NCBI GenBank assembly: GCA_021776345.1
Contig: JAJFGC010000163.1
Coordinates: forward strand, 1-58,801
From: Hyphococcus sp.
GTDB taxonomy: Bacteria > Pseudomonadota > Alphaproteobacteria > Caulobacterales > Parvularculaceae
Reading direction: 5' to 3'
Length of the DNA: 58,801 nt
The notes under the pieces are model-generated. The model was not told the origin of the DNA, searched no databases, and saw only the letters and a program-made list of their open reading frames with translations. A program made the translations under genes and the position numbers. Positions 37,374 through 47,490 of this stretch are shown here, piece by piece (within the stretch, counting starts at the first letter, position 1; each line of letters begins with the position of its first letter).

Positions 37374-38075
37374 CTAAGAAGGCCAATTAAAATGACTGAT
37401 AACAGTGTAAGTTACTCCTGTATTAGTGGTGTCTAAAATCTTAATACGGAGTTCTTGAAATCCAATTTCAGCGCCTTGTGACAAATCATATTGCAACTCT
37501 TGCGAGAATGCTGGTCTTGCAAAATCGTCTTTATATTCGCGGTAGAGAAACTTTGCGCTGGAGCCAACACGGCCATTGAACAATATTTCTTTTTTTATAG
37601 ATGGCTGTCCGCCCGTTGTTATTACAATCGTATCTTCTGCAGGAGGACGAAATGCCAAGGGCGCCTTGCTGAACGCATGCACAAGGACCGTAGGTTTATT
37701 TTTATCCTTTGGAACCCTGATTGTAGGTGATCCTTGGGTAGTGCATCCCAACAAAATATCGGTAATACAATATGTGCCAGCTCCCCGGTATACTTTTTCC
37801 TTTTCATTAGTTCCCGCCAGAACGAAACGCTGAGCATCAATCTTTGCGGTGCTTTTGATCCCAAGAGTATTAAACTTGCCTGTAAGTGGGTTTGAAAGGA
37901 GAAAACCAAGTTGTCCGACGGCTACATATTTTTCGACCATGGACTCGCCTATAGCCGCTTCTGCAATTTCGCCTACGGCGGGTCTTTCGACGCGCTCCAC
38001 TTGAGCTGGATTTTCAGCTACACTAGCGCAAGCACACAACAAAACTGACAGAATGAAACTTGAGAACAGCTTCAT
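37374..38075 (-). CDS. AT-rich hypothetical lipoprotein
   Basis: Lipobox LCAC; C-terminal EILFNGRVG..KFLYREY..ARPAFSQELQYDL..IGF; locally low GC. Confidence 0.7.
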   Translation of the reverse strand: MKLFSSFILSVLLCACASVAENPAQVERVERPAVGEIAEAAIGESMVEKYVAVGQLGFLLSNPLTGKFNTLGIKSTAKIDAQRFVLAGTNEKEKVYRGAGTYCITDILLGCTTQGSPTIRVPKDKNKPTVLVHAFSKAPLAFRPPAEDTIVITTGGQPSIKKEILFNGRVGSSAKFLYREYKDDFARPAFSQELQYDLSQGAEIGFQELRIKILDTTNTGVTYTVISHFNWPS

Positions 38076-38122
38076 ACGAACTCTCCAATATTGTCTTGTG
38101 TGTAAGAATGCCATAAATACAA

Positions 38123-38782
38123 TCAAGGATAAAGACGTTGCGTCGACCACGGCGTCGTCTCATCGGTCCGCCGGAACACCAGACGGTCATGCAGGCGAAA
38201 CGGCCGGTTGACCCAGAACTCGATTTGCGTGGGGCTTATTCTGTATCCTGACCAATGCGGCGGGCGGGGAATATCGCCGAGCCCGTATTTCGCTGCTTTC
38301 GCGGCAACCTGTTTTTCGAGCGCGAAGCGCCCCTCCATTGGCCGCGATTGCGCTGAGGCCCAGGCGCCGATGCGGGCGCCGCGCGCGCGGGTTTTGAAAT
38401 AGGCGTCGGCCTCTTCCGCGCTTACCGGCGAGACGGGCCCGCGAAAGCGCACCTGCCGACGGATCGTCTTCCAGTGAAAACACACCGCCGCTTGGCGGTT
38501 GCTGGCCAGCTGCAGCCCCTTGGCGCTTTCCGTGTTGGTGTAAAAAGTGAGACCGCCGGCATCGATATCTTTCAACAGCACCATGCGGACATCCGGCAGG
38601 CCATCAGCATCCGCCGTCGCCAGCGCCATGGCGTTCGCGTCATTGGGCTCTTTTTCCTTGGCCAGCGTCAGCCACTCGGCAAACAGCACAAAAGGCTCGT
38701 CCCGGTTCAGGACGTCGCCCTGATCGTCATCCACCGCATAGGCTTCCTCGCTCGGGCTCGGGGGGATGAGATCATTGGCCAT
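38123..38782 (-). CDS. pdxH: Pyridoxamine 5'-phosphate oxidase
   Basis: [45 protein letters not shown]. Confidence 0.96.
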   Translation of the reverse strand: MANDLIPPSPSEEAYAVDDDQGDVLNRDEPFVLFAEWLTLAKEKEPNDANAMALATADADGLPDVRMVLLKDIDAGGLTFYTNTESAKGLQLASNRQAAVCFHWKTIRRQVRFRGPVSPVSAEEADAYFKTRARGARIGAWASAQSRPMEGRFALEKQVAAKAAKYGLGDIPRPPHWSGYRISPTQIEFWVNRPFRLHDRLVFRRTDETTPWSTQRLYP

Positions 38783-38887
38783 GATTTTTCCTTCGACAAA
38801 AATGCGACGCATTAACCCTTATGCGGCGCGTCTGCGCCATGATAGGAATACGCGGCTTGAGAATTCCACGCTAGAGCGGAATAGATA

Positions 38888-39985
38888 ATGTCTTTCAATA
38901 GTTTCGGCCATGTCTTCCGGATCACCACATGGGGCGAGTCCCATGGCCCCGCACTTGGCGTGGTGGTGGACGGCTGCCCGCCGGGGATTTCGCTGACGCC
39001 GGGCGAGATTCAAATCGCCCTTGATAAGCGCAAGCCCGGCACCTCGAAATTCGTCACCCAGCGCAAAGAACCGGATGCGGTTAAAATCCTCTCCGGCGTT
39101 TTCGAAGACGACCGCACAGATGGTCCGCGCACCACCGGCGCGCCGATCAGCCTCGAAATTGAAAATGTCGATCAGCGCTCGAAAGACTATGCCGACATTC
39201 GCGACAAATATCGCCCCGGCCATGCAGACTTTACCTATGACGCCAAATACGGCTTTCGCGATTATCGCGGCGGCGGCAGATCTTCAGCGCGCGAGACCGC
39301 AGCGCGGGTCGCCGCTGGTGTTATTGCGCAAAAAGCCCTCGACCATGTGATCCCCGGCATCGACATCCGCGCCTGCCTCGTGCAGATGGGCCCGCATAAA
39401 ATCGACCGCGCGCGCTTCGACTGGAACGAGATCGGGAACAACCCGTTCTGGTGCCCGGACCCCGTTGCCGCAAAGGCATGGGAAACCCATCTCGATGCGG
39501 CGCGCAAGGCAGGCTCGTCCATGGGCGCCATTGTCGAAGTTGTCGCCTCTGGCGTTCCCGCCGGACTCGGCGCCCCGGTCTATGGCAAGCTCGACGCCGA
39601 TCTTGCGGGCGCATGCATGTCGATCAACGCGGCCAAGGGGGTTGAAATCGGCGCCGGCTTTGAGGCGGCCGCCCTTTCCGGCGAAGAAAACGCCGATGAA
39701 ATCCGTATAGAGAATGGTAAGCCGCACTTCCTCTCCAACAAGGCCGGCGGCATTCTCGGCGGCATTTCATCCGGTCAGGATGTGGTTGTGCGCGTTGCCA
39801 TAAAACCAACCTCATCGATCCTCACACCGCGCAAAACCATTGACCGCGACGGCAATGAGACCGAGATCGTCACCAAAGGCCGCCACGACCCTTGCGTCGG
39901 CATCAGGGGCGTGCCGGTCGCCGCTGCGATGATGGCGCTGGTTCTCGCTGATCATGCGCTGTTGCACCGGGCGCAATGCGGGTAA
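38888..39985 (+). CDS. aroC: Chorismate synthase
   Basis: [45 protein letters not shown]. Confidence 0.98.
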   Translation: MSFNSFGHVFRITTWGESHGPALGVVVDGCPPGISLTPGEIQIALDKRKPGTSKFVTQRKEPDAVKILSGVFEDDRTDGPRTTGAPISLEIENVDQRSKDYADIRDKYRPGHADFTYDAKYGFRDYRGGGRSSARETAARVAAGVIAQKALDHVIPGIDIRACLVQMGPHKIDRARFDWNEIGNNPFWCPDPVAAKAWETHLDAARKAGSSMGAIVEVVASGVPAGLGAPVYGKLDADLAGACMSINAAKGVEIGAGFEAAALSGEENADEIRIENGKPHFLSNKAGGILGGISSGQDVVVRVAIKPTSSILTPRKTIDRDGNETEIVTKGRHDPCVGIRGVPVAAAMMALVLADHALLHRAQCG

Positions 39986-40043
39986 AGACCCTTCGCCTCG
40001 GCTGGTACTTGCTTTAAAACGCGGCATATCTAATTCTACCTCC

Positions 40044-41114
40044 ATGACGCTCTTGATCGCTTTTCTGATGCTGGCGCTCGGCGTCTCCTTTTTCTGTTCG
40101 ATAGCGGAGGCGGTCCTCCTATCGGTGCGCCCGTCTTACGTCGCCGCCCTTGAGCGAAAGGGAAAGCGCGGCGGCAAAACGCTGGCGAAATTGCGTAAGA
40201 ACCTCGACCGGCCGCTGGCGGCGATCCTCACGGCCAACACGATCGCGCACACCGTCGGGGCCACGGGCGTGGGGGCGCAGACAGCGATTGTCTTCGGCAA
40301 TGAATATCTCGGCGTCGCTTCGGCGATCCTGACGTTTCTCGTCCTTGTGTTTTCCGAAATCATCCCGAAGACGCTCGGCGCCACCTATTGGCAATCTCTG
40401 GCGCCGACCATGGGTTCGCTTATCCTGTGGCTGACACGCGCCCTTTTTCCGGTCGTTATATTGTCTGAGAAACTGACGCGCCTTCTGTCGCGCGCCGGAA
40501 CAGGCGCCCGCAATTTCAGTCGGGAGGAGATGCAGGCGATGGCCGAGATCGGCGCGCGGGAAGGCTCGCTGGATATGCGCGAGCAGCGCGTGATCAGTAA
40601 TCTAATGAAACTCAATCGCCTATCGGTGCGGGATATTATGACACCGCGGCCGGTCATATTCTCCGCCGCCGGTCAAATGACTGTGCAAGAGTATTTTGCA
40701 GCCCATGCCGACCAGCCTTTTTCGCGCATCCCAATCCATGACGGCGACGCCAATGTGATCAATGGCTACGTCCTGAAAACTGACTTGCTGTTCGCCCAGG
40801 CCAAGGACGATTTCGACGCACGGCTGCAGGATTTTGAGCGAGAGTTTCTGGTCCTCCCCGACCAACTGGTCGCCGCTGACGTATTTGACCGTCTTATGCG
40901 CGAGAAAAGCCATATCGCGCTCGTGGTGGACGAATACGGAACAGTGCAGGGCCTCGTCACGCTGGAAGACGTGGTCGAGACCCTGATCGGACTCGAAATC
41001 ACCGACGAACTTGACGAGGTGGAAGACATGCAAGCGCTCGCGCGAAAAGGCTGGCGCGATCGCATGCAGGCCATCGGCGTCGATCCCGACAGCCTTGAAA
41101 AAGTCGACCGGTAA
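40044..41114 (+). CDS. CNNM/CorC-HlyC family CBS-domain membrane protein
   Basis: SFFCSIAEAVLLS, SEIIPKTLG, VRDIMTPR, FSRIP, VVDEYG..GLVTLEDVVE. Confidence 0.9.
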   Translation: MTLLIAFLMLALGVSFFCSIAEAVLLSVRPSYVAALERKGKRGGKTLAKLRKNLDRPLAAILTANTIAHTVGATGVGAQTAIVFGNEYLGVASAILTFLVLVFSEIIPKTLGATYWQSLAPTMGSLILWLTRALFPVVILSEKLTRLLSRAGTGARNFSREEMQAMAEIGAREGSLDMREQRVISNLMKLNRLSVRDIMTPRPVIFSAAGQMTVQEYFAAHADQPFSRIPIHDGDANVINGYVLKTDLLFAQAKDDFDARLQDFEREFLVLPDQLVAADVFDRLMREKSHIALVVDEYGTVQGLVTLEDVVETLIGLEITDELDEVEDMQALARKGWRDRMQAIGVDPDSLEKVDR

Positions 41115-41153
41115 ATGCGCGGGCCGCATCAGTGCTCGTAACGGCGGTGGACC

Positions 41154-41651
41154 TTACTTCCGCCTGCCGAAGGGCAAGATAACCGGCACCTTGGCCATAT
41201 AGTCGCGATATTTGTCGCCGAAGAGCGCGATCATGTCACGTTCTTCGTACCCGACCGCCACAAATATGTAGATCGTCCAGACTGCCGCAAACAGCAAATG
41301 GCCCGCCGTCATGTATGGCGTCGCCCAAAACGCTATTATCCACCCAAGATAAAGCGGATGGCGAATATATTTGTATAAGGATGGTGTGACGAAACGAGGC
41401 TTTGGCGGCTCCTGATTTTTGAACCCCATCCAGCCATGCAGCAGGCCAAAAAGTTCGAAATGGTTGATCAGGAAGGTCGACAGGAGAACAAGACCAATGC
41501 CGGCAAAATAGAGCCCCGTTAAAAGCCCTGACCAGAGCGGCGCATCAACTGACCAGACCACCGCCGGCATGGGCTGCCAGTAACGAAACAACAGCACAAG
41601 CACGACAACGGTGAGAAGCACATAGGTGCTGCGCAACAAGGCGCGCCTCAC
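41154..41651 (-). pseudogene. mddA: Methanethiol S-methyltransferase (MddA/NURIM-like), N-terminally truncated
   Basis: RSTYVL, TFLINHFELFGL, LYKYIRHPLYLG, FWATP.MTAGHLLFA, YEERD. Only about 165 aa, and similarity begins abruptly at the upstream gene's stop. Confidence 0.68.
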
Positions 41652-42528
41652 CGGCAGGACTGGTCAAGCCAGCCGGTTAACTCGCCCGCCAGTCTGATAC
41701 GATGCCATGAAAACGAATGATCCGCATCGAGCTGCAACTCCGTGATGTCGATATCGCCTGCTGCTTTGTACGCCGTCACCAGGCTTTCAAAAACGGAAAT
41801 ATCAACTGCCTGGTCGCGCTCGCCGCCGATAAGAAAAATGCTCTTGCCAGCGAGCCGAGGGCCTAGCAGCCTGAGATCAAAACTCTCCCCGGCGGCTTTG
41901 AGTTCAGTGATTGCGCCTTCCCCTGAAAACCCGTTCAGCATACGGAGCTGATCGGAATAGTGTTTGAAACCCTCAAGCGTTTCCGGCGAGGCATCAGCAA
42001 TGGCCGCGAGCTCACCGAGATTGGCGGCGGCAAGTCCGGCGATGCATGTTACCGCGCCGTCATTGGCGCCGCTCTGAAGCGCCATGAACCCGCCCATGGA
42101 ATGACCGATAAGAGCGATACGACCCGCATCGACCCGAAGGTTTTCGTTTTTTGGGTTGCGCAGAAAGGCAAGCGCCGACGCCACGTCCTCAATCGCCGTT
42201 GAAAAGCTGAACACGCCGTCAGAACCCCAGGCGCCGCGATAATGGAAGAGGAGGACATTCCATCCGGCCCGCCGGATCGCCTGAGCAAGGTCGAGGTTTT
42301 TTCATTACCCGGAAAGCCGTGCAGCAATACGACTGTCGGGTGCGGGCCCGCACCGTCGGCAAGATAAATATGTCCGTTCATGCGCGCGCCATGACTGTCA
42401 ATAGAGGCCTCCGCGACACCAGGCGGAAAATCCGGGTCGATGGATCGCGGGTCGTTCGTTACGGGATCGCGCGCCAGCGCAGAAGCACAAAACGTCATCA
42501 CCGCTGCAGCAATCAAGAAAAACCGCAT
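41648..42528 (-). pseudogene. Exported alpha/beta hydrolase split by a homopolymer frameshift
   Basis: MRFFLIAAA..LLHGFPGNEK, then shift at T6 (42297-42302) into LDLAQAIRRAGWNVLLFHYRGAWGS..GHSMGG..DADHSF. One extra A restores a single ORF; may be a sequencing error. Confidence 0.78.
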
Positions 42529-42757
42529 CTCGCCCCTCCTACAGGAAATTTTTGAACACCTAATAGGGGCAGGCAGTCGCTGTCCATGCCATATGAGCGC
42601 AACAAGCACGTGATCTTGGGCGTGACCACTCCAGCCATTAGAAAAAACGGGCATCATCAGCACGACAGTCGCAATGATGTCGTGGCGTTAAAGGTAGAAA
42701 AGGAATTAGGCTCCTACCTTATCACCCCCTTCGCTAACGCAATTTATGAGGCACCGC

Positions 42758-43396
42758 ATGACAGAACACAAAACCGAAACGCTTGCCGGCCATGTGCGCC
42801 AATTGCGCCAGGACCGCGTCTGGTCTCAGGATCAGCTGGCGGGCGCCGCCGGCCTCAGCCTGCGCACCGTGCAACGGGTTGAGAACGGGTTTGCCTGCTC
42901 ACCGGACACAGTTCAGGCCTTAGCGTCAGCCTTCGACGTGGAGCCGGCCAGCCTCTCTGTCCTGGCGCCAAAAGGTTTGCACGCGGCAACATGGCTCGGC
43001 ATTGGCGCAACGCCCGCCGCCTTGATTGGCGTTGGTTTCTGCCTGCCTGCCGCCTTTTTTATCGCGACGAATATTGCCTTTTACGAGTTTAATCTGGCGT
43101 GGGCTGAACCGCTCCTACCGCAGGGCTTCGCAAATGGTCTGTTCGCACATCCGCTCATTCTCCTTGGCGGGCCGGTCATCGCCATCGTTTTGAATGCGCC
43201 GCATTTTTTTTCGCTCAAAGCACGGCGAACGCAGGGCGGAGAGTTGTTCGAGGGCGTTCTCATCTCCTGGAACGCGATGCAAGTTGCCAGCCTGGCCCTC
43301 GCGGCCGCGCTCCTCTCGATCCTGCTGATCTATGTCGCGGGCGAGAATTTTCTCCATCTGCTTGAGGAGCTTATAAACGCTCAACGGATTAGCTGA
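42758..43396 (+). CDS. XRE-family HTH protein with C-terminal membrane domain
   Basis: VRQLRQDRVWSQDQLAGAAGLSLRTVQRVENG followed by about three TM segments. Confidence 0.8.
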   Translation: MTEHKTETLAGHVRQLRQDRVWSQDQLAGAAGLSLRTVQRVENGFACSPDTVQALASAFDVEPASLSVLAPKGLHAATWLGIGATPAALIGVGFCLPAAFFIATNIAFYEFNLAWAEPLLPQGFANGLFAHPLILLGGPVIAIVLNAPHFFSLKARRTQGGELFEGVLISWNAMQVASLALAAALLSILLIYVAGENFLHLLEELINAQRIS

Positions 43397-43460
43397 CGCA
43401 ACTCCATTGAACTGCAAGTTTCAGTTTCACAGTCGATCCGTCTCACGCTAAACTCCACCC

Positions 43461-44417
43461 ATGAAAAAACTTGCATTGATGGCCCTGCCCGTCGTCGCGC
43501 TGTTTGCGCTCCTCTGGTTGTTGCGCACGCCGGACACCGACCCGGCCGCAATGATGGAAAAATATACAAACGCGCAATCGCGTTTCGCCGAAAATGCGGA
43601 CGGTCTTCGCGTTCACTATCGCGATCAGGGCAACCCGAACGGGGCGCCGATCATTTTTATCCACGGCACAGCGGCATCGCTGCACACATGGGAGCCCCTT
43701 GTTGATCGGCTGGGTGCTGAATACCGCATCATCAGCTATACCCAGCCCGGCCATGGCCTCACCGGTGCGCATCCGCGCGATGACTATTCTTTCGCCGGCA
43801 TGGCCGACGCGCTGGATTTAATTGCCGACGAATTAAGTCTCGATAGCTTCGTTCTTGGCGGTAATTCCATGGGCGGCTGGGTTGCCTGGCGCTATGCGCT
43901 CGCAAATCCGGATGACATCGACGCGCTCATCCTGCTGGACGCCTCCGGCATGCCGCTGCGCGAAGGCGAGCGCGAACCGCCGCTGAATATCGGCTTTAAA
44001 CTTTTGGGCACATCTGCCGGACGACTCCTGATGCAACAATATACGCCGCGATCGCTTGTGGCGAAATCAGCTTATCAATCCGTATCGGTACAATCTGTTA
44101 TGGATGACGCCACCATTGATCGCTATTGGGAACTTTTACGCATACCAGGTAATCGCCGCGCCGCGGCGTTAAGATCAGCCGCTGACCGGGAAGCTGCTTA
44201 CGCCGGCCGCGTTGGCGAAGTTAAAGCGCCGACGCTTATTTTATGGGGCGCAGAGGATAAGCTTGTTTTTGCCAGCGCCGCGCAAACATTTGACGAGCGT
44301 CTGCCCAACTCAGAGGCCATCATCTATGACGGCATCGGCCATCTGCCGATGGAAGAGGCGCCTGACGACGTCGCCCGCGATATTGACGCTTTTCTCGACC
44401 AGGTGCTGACGCCTTAG
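43461..44417 (+). CDS. Alpha/beta fold hydrolase
   Basis: FIHGTAASLHTW, GGNSMGG nucleophile elbow, LWGAED, GHLPMEE. Confidence 0.9.
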   Translation: MKKLALMALPVVALFALLWLLRTPDTDPAAMMEKYTNAQSRFAENADGLRVHYRDQGNPNGAPIIFIHGTAASLHTWEPLVDRLGAEYRIISYTQPGHGLTGAHPRDDYSFAGMADALDLIADELSLDSFVLGGNSMGGWVAWRYALANPDDIDALILLDASGMPLREGEREPPLNIGFKLLGTSAGRLLMQQYTPRSLVAKSAYQSVSVQSVMDDATIDRYWELLRIPGNRRAAALRSAADREAAYAGRVGEVKAPTLILWGAEDKLVFASAAQTFDERLPNSEAIIYDGIGHLPMEEAPDDVARDIDAFLDQVLTP

Positions 44418-44443
44418 ACGGAAAATTCAATACGCCAAACAAA

Positions 44444-44677
44444 TTGCAAAATGGCTGGGGCGATTTTGACACGATGATTGCGATATTTGAAAAGGGCATT
44501 GGCGATGGCCCGTGGCTGCTAGGCGATCACTTCAGCGTCGCAGATGTTATGTGCGGCGGCGCCGCCTGTTTCCTGAAGCAGTTCGGCATGCTGCCAGATT
44601 CAAAAACCCTGGACAACGACGCCACACGCTGCATGGAAGGCCCTGCGTATCAGCGCTCTATGGAACTCAGCGCCTGA
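44444..44677 (+). pseudogene. Glutathione S-transferase C-terminal fragment
   Basis: GWGDFD..GPWLLGDHFSVADV..FGML..PAYQR; no N-terminal thioredoxin domain upstream. Confidence 0.65.
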
Positions 44678-44709
44678 GCGCAAATCGCACGATTGACGAA
44701 ACCGGATAC

Positions 44710-44949
44710 TCAAAAATCACTACACTTGCCATCGGCTTCCCAGTCGCCATATCGCGTCGGCTCAAGGCGGTCATCAGTACAGTCTTTTGACCTGGCGGCG
44801 GCCGCATCGTGATCGCGCCGCCTTTCGGCGGCTTCATGCAACGCACGCGCAGCCATATTATTAAGCTTCTTACCGGGTGCGGCGAAGAGATCGCGCTTCC
44901 GGATTTTATTAACTTTACTCTTGTTACTGGAGTTAGTTTTACCAAGCAT
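44710..44949 (-). CDS. DUF1674 (SDHAF4-like) small protein
   Basis: ARALHEAAERR...EPTRYGDWE..GKCSDF C-terminal signature; start uncertain. Confidence 0.7.
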   Translation of the reverse strand: MLGKTNSSNKSKVNKIRKRDLFAAPGKKLNNMAARALHEAAERRRDHDAAAARSKDCTDDRLEPTRYGDWEADGKCSDF

Positions 44950-45078
44950 TGCCGTCTCCGTGGAAAAATTGGACGGCCCGCAACTGTGGCTATGTCATAT
45001 CATGAGTTGAGCGGCGCGCATGCAAATAGTGCTGACGGCCATTTCACAAATCAGTGACCGGGGAAATTCGCGCGTCTT

Positions 45079-46155
45079 TTACACAGGCAGCTTATTAAAA
45101 ATGGTTGCTTTACTCAAAAATGAAATTGTCTGCGCTGAACGGTGCAGCTCCGCCTCACCGAAAATCTTATCAAGGTCAGCGCGGCAATAGCTGTCATAAT
45201 AAGGCTCGTGAAACCCGCGCGGGAAATTTTCCAGCAAAATATCGAGCCCCGGCTCGTCTCCATACTGAATGGTGTCAAGCTGCACCAAAACGCCGCCAGG
45301 CTTTAGTAGTCTTGAAATTTCACGCGCCACGACACGACGCACTTTCGGCGGCAACTCGTGGAATAAATATATTACGGTGATGACATCAAAAGATGCATCC
45401 GGCAGGCCCGTCGCCTCAGCGTTTGCCTCAACATAATTTATATCTTTCCAACGGCCGAGCGCATTGCGCGCCTTGCCCAGATAGGCGGGGGAAAGATCAA
45501 GCGCCGTGGCGTTTAATTGCGGCCAGTTCTCTTTCACGCTTTGCAGCAAACGGCCTGTGCCGCAGCCAAGGTCGAGCAGTGACGTACGGGCAATATCTCT
45601 ATCGGCAAGCGCCTCGCCGATCAGCGGCAGCGCCGCCCGGCGCATCGGGCCGGCGGCGCCAGTGAACAGTGTCTCCACCTGCATTTCATAACGGTCGGCC
45701 GAAGACTCGCTCAGCCAGCCATCGGTTTGAAAATGAAAATTCTGCAGAAAATAGCGAGGGTATTTCTCCCGCATCGCCGCGGTTAAAACTTCAGAGTGGG
45801 CGCCCTGATGCTTGCGCCGCGCAACTTTTTGCGAGTCGCGCAAATAATCGCGGCTTTGCTTGAACAGCGCCGGCAATGATGGCGGCCGCCGCAACTCTGC
45901 GGGTAATTTGTAATTGCCGGCTTTGATATTTTTCCAGTCCTGGCGAAACGCATCGCGAAACGCGGTTTTCAGGCGCTCGCGATCAAGCGGCGCAAATTCA
46001 TCCGCATAGGGCGCCTCTCCCGGTTCAGTGAGCGGGCCCATCAGACGGCGACCGGCTGCATAGTGACCTGTATACCAAAGAACGCGCGCGAGCTGCGCGC
46101 TTGTGTAGGCGGCGCGTTTGGCGCCATTAGCGAGTGTTGTGTTGAGCAGCGCCAT
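45079..46155 (-). CDS. Class I SAM-dependent methyltransferase
   Basis: YPRYFLQNFHFQTDGWLS, QVETLF, LLDLGCGTG, YLFHELP, FHEPYY. Confidence 0.88.
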   Translation of the reverse strand: MALLNTTLANGAKRAAYTSAQLARVLWYTGHYAAGRRLMGPLTEPGEAPYADEFAPLDRERLKTAFRDAFRQDWKNIKAGNYKLPAELRRPPSLPALFKQSRDYLRDSQKVARRKHQGAHSEVLTAAMREKYPRYFLQNFHFQTDGWLSESSADRYEMQVETLFTGAAGPMRRAALPLIGEALADRDIARTSLLDLGCGTGRLLQSVKENWPQLNATALDLSPAYLGKARNALGRWKDINYVEANAEATGLPDASFDVITVIYLFHELPPKVRRVVAREISRLLKPGGVLVQLDTIQYGDEPGLDILLENFPRGFHEPYYDSYCRADLDKIFGEAELHRSAQTISFLSKATIFNKLPV

Positions 46156-46244
46156 CGGCGTTCCCCTCATCGTGAGAACCGGTCCGGTGAAGATGGCCCG
46201 GCGCGGCGCCTCATTCAAGCGCGGCGGCTGCGGCGCGATGTAGC

Positions 46245-46455
46245 TCAGGCGCTATAGATCGCGCCAAGCAGAAACTCCCTATTGCCATCGCCGTCCTTAA
46301 TCGGGCTTTCCATATAGCCCATCGCCGGTCGAGGCGTCGAGATCGAGGCAGATCCTGGCTGCTGGATCGATCGCCATCGAGCCGATCGCAGCCTGGGCTC
46401 TTGGCCGTGAAGCAAAAGATCCACGCTCCGTTAAAAATTGGCCGAGACGTGTCAT
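46245..46455 (-). pseudogene. tlyA: tlyA (rRNA methyltransferase/hemolysin) remnant with large internal deletions
   Basis: Hand translation: MTRLGQFLTERGSFASRPRAQAAI (S4 start), RICLDLDASTG (SAM motif), and in a shifted frame ESPIKDGDGNMEFLLGA (TlyA C-terminus), all within 211 bp downstream of dxs. Confidence 0.75.
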
Positions 46456-46511
46456 CGTTTGTCGAAATAGCGTCGGCCGCCCTGATCGGCCAGCCTCAAA
46501 AAATTGACACC

Positions 46512-46543
46512 AAAAAACCCCGCTGATTGCTCAGCGGGGTTTT
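46512..46543 (-). terminator. Intrinsic terminator of the VPLPG-CTERM gene
   Basis: AAAAAACCCCGCTGA-TTGC-TCAGCGGGGTTTT perfect stem. Confidence 0.85.
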
Positions 46544-46577
46544 GGGGTCTGATGGACCGACTAAACGTTTTGAAACG

Positions 46578-47240
46578 TTAAGCCGCTTTTTTCTTGCGTC
46601 CTGCGAAGCCGAGACCAGCAAGGCCTGACAGAAGCAGGAATGCAGCGCCCGGAAGCGGCACCACTTCGATACCAGCAACCGCAAAGTCATTCACGCCAAG
46701 ACCGTCATTAGCGTCAAGACCAAGAAACGGTGCGCGGAAAATAATTTTGTCTGTAAGCACACCGCCGAGACTAACGATCAGCGCGCCGCTGAGGCCGACG
46801 TTTGGAAGTTCGTTCGCAGCAGAGCCGAAATTAATAAAAGTTGCGCCATCATCAATCGAATACTGGCCAACCTCGAAATTGTCGGTCTCAGGCGACCTGA
46901 AGAGGTCGAGAATTGAGAAGCTCTGGATCTGAACTTCTTCGTCAAACGTAACAGTCAGCGTTTCAGGATCGTCGGATGTAGAAACTTCGTCATCGCCAAC
47001 GCCAAAACCATCGCGTGCGCAGGCCAGACCAAGAATACTGACGCATGTGCTTCCAACACTCGTTTCGTCGTTGGTGATCGTACCGTTTGACGTAACAGTG
47101 TAGCCGACGCCTAACACGTTGCCCGCAACCACCGGCGGCGTATCGTCAGTCGTGAAGTCGATTGTTGCCGCGTTTGCAGTTCCGATCGCCAAGGCGCCCG
47201 CAACTGCTGCCGCAGTAATAGTGGTAATTGTTTTGATCAT
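46578..47240 (-). CDS. PEP-CTERM/VPLPA-CTERM exosortase target surface protein
   Basis: Signal peptide TANA/ATI; acidic Gly/Thr-rich body; C-terminal VPLPGAAFLLLSGLAGLGFAGRKKKAA. Confidence 0.9.
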   Translation of the reverse strand: MIKTITTITAAAVAGALAIGTANAATIDFTTDDTPPVVAGNVLGVGYTVTSNGTITNDETSVGSTCVSILGLACARDGFGVGDDEVSTSDDPETLTVTFDEEVQIQSFSILDLFRSPETDNFEVGQYSIDDGATFINFGSAANELPNVGLSGALIVSLGGVLTDKIIFRAPFLGLDANDGLGVNDFAVAGIEVVPLPGAAFLLLSGLAGLGFAGRKKKAA

Positions 47241-47490
47241 AAAGACCCCCAAAAAATGGTACTCTGCTGGCCAATTCCAGCATTAACAAAGTGTTTACCT
47301 CATCTGTGGGCGCGGACGCAACAAAAAAACACGTTGCCTTGACAAAATAACCCCGGTTTTCCTAGTTAATTCGCGAATTTACAGGTACAGATCAACCTGT
47401 GGTTGTATTGTGGCGCCAAGTTGACACAATTCGCTCCTGGCGAGGGACAGATTGTACCGCGGCAATGCCGGGAGTGGTTCTTTTTAGCGT

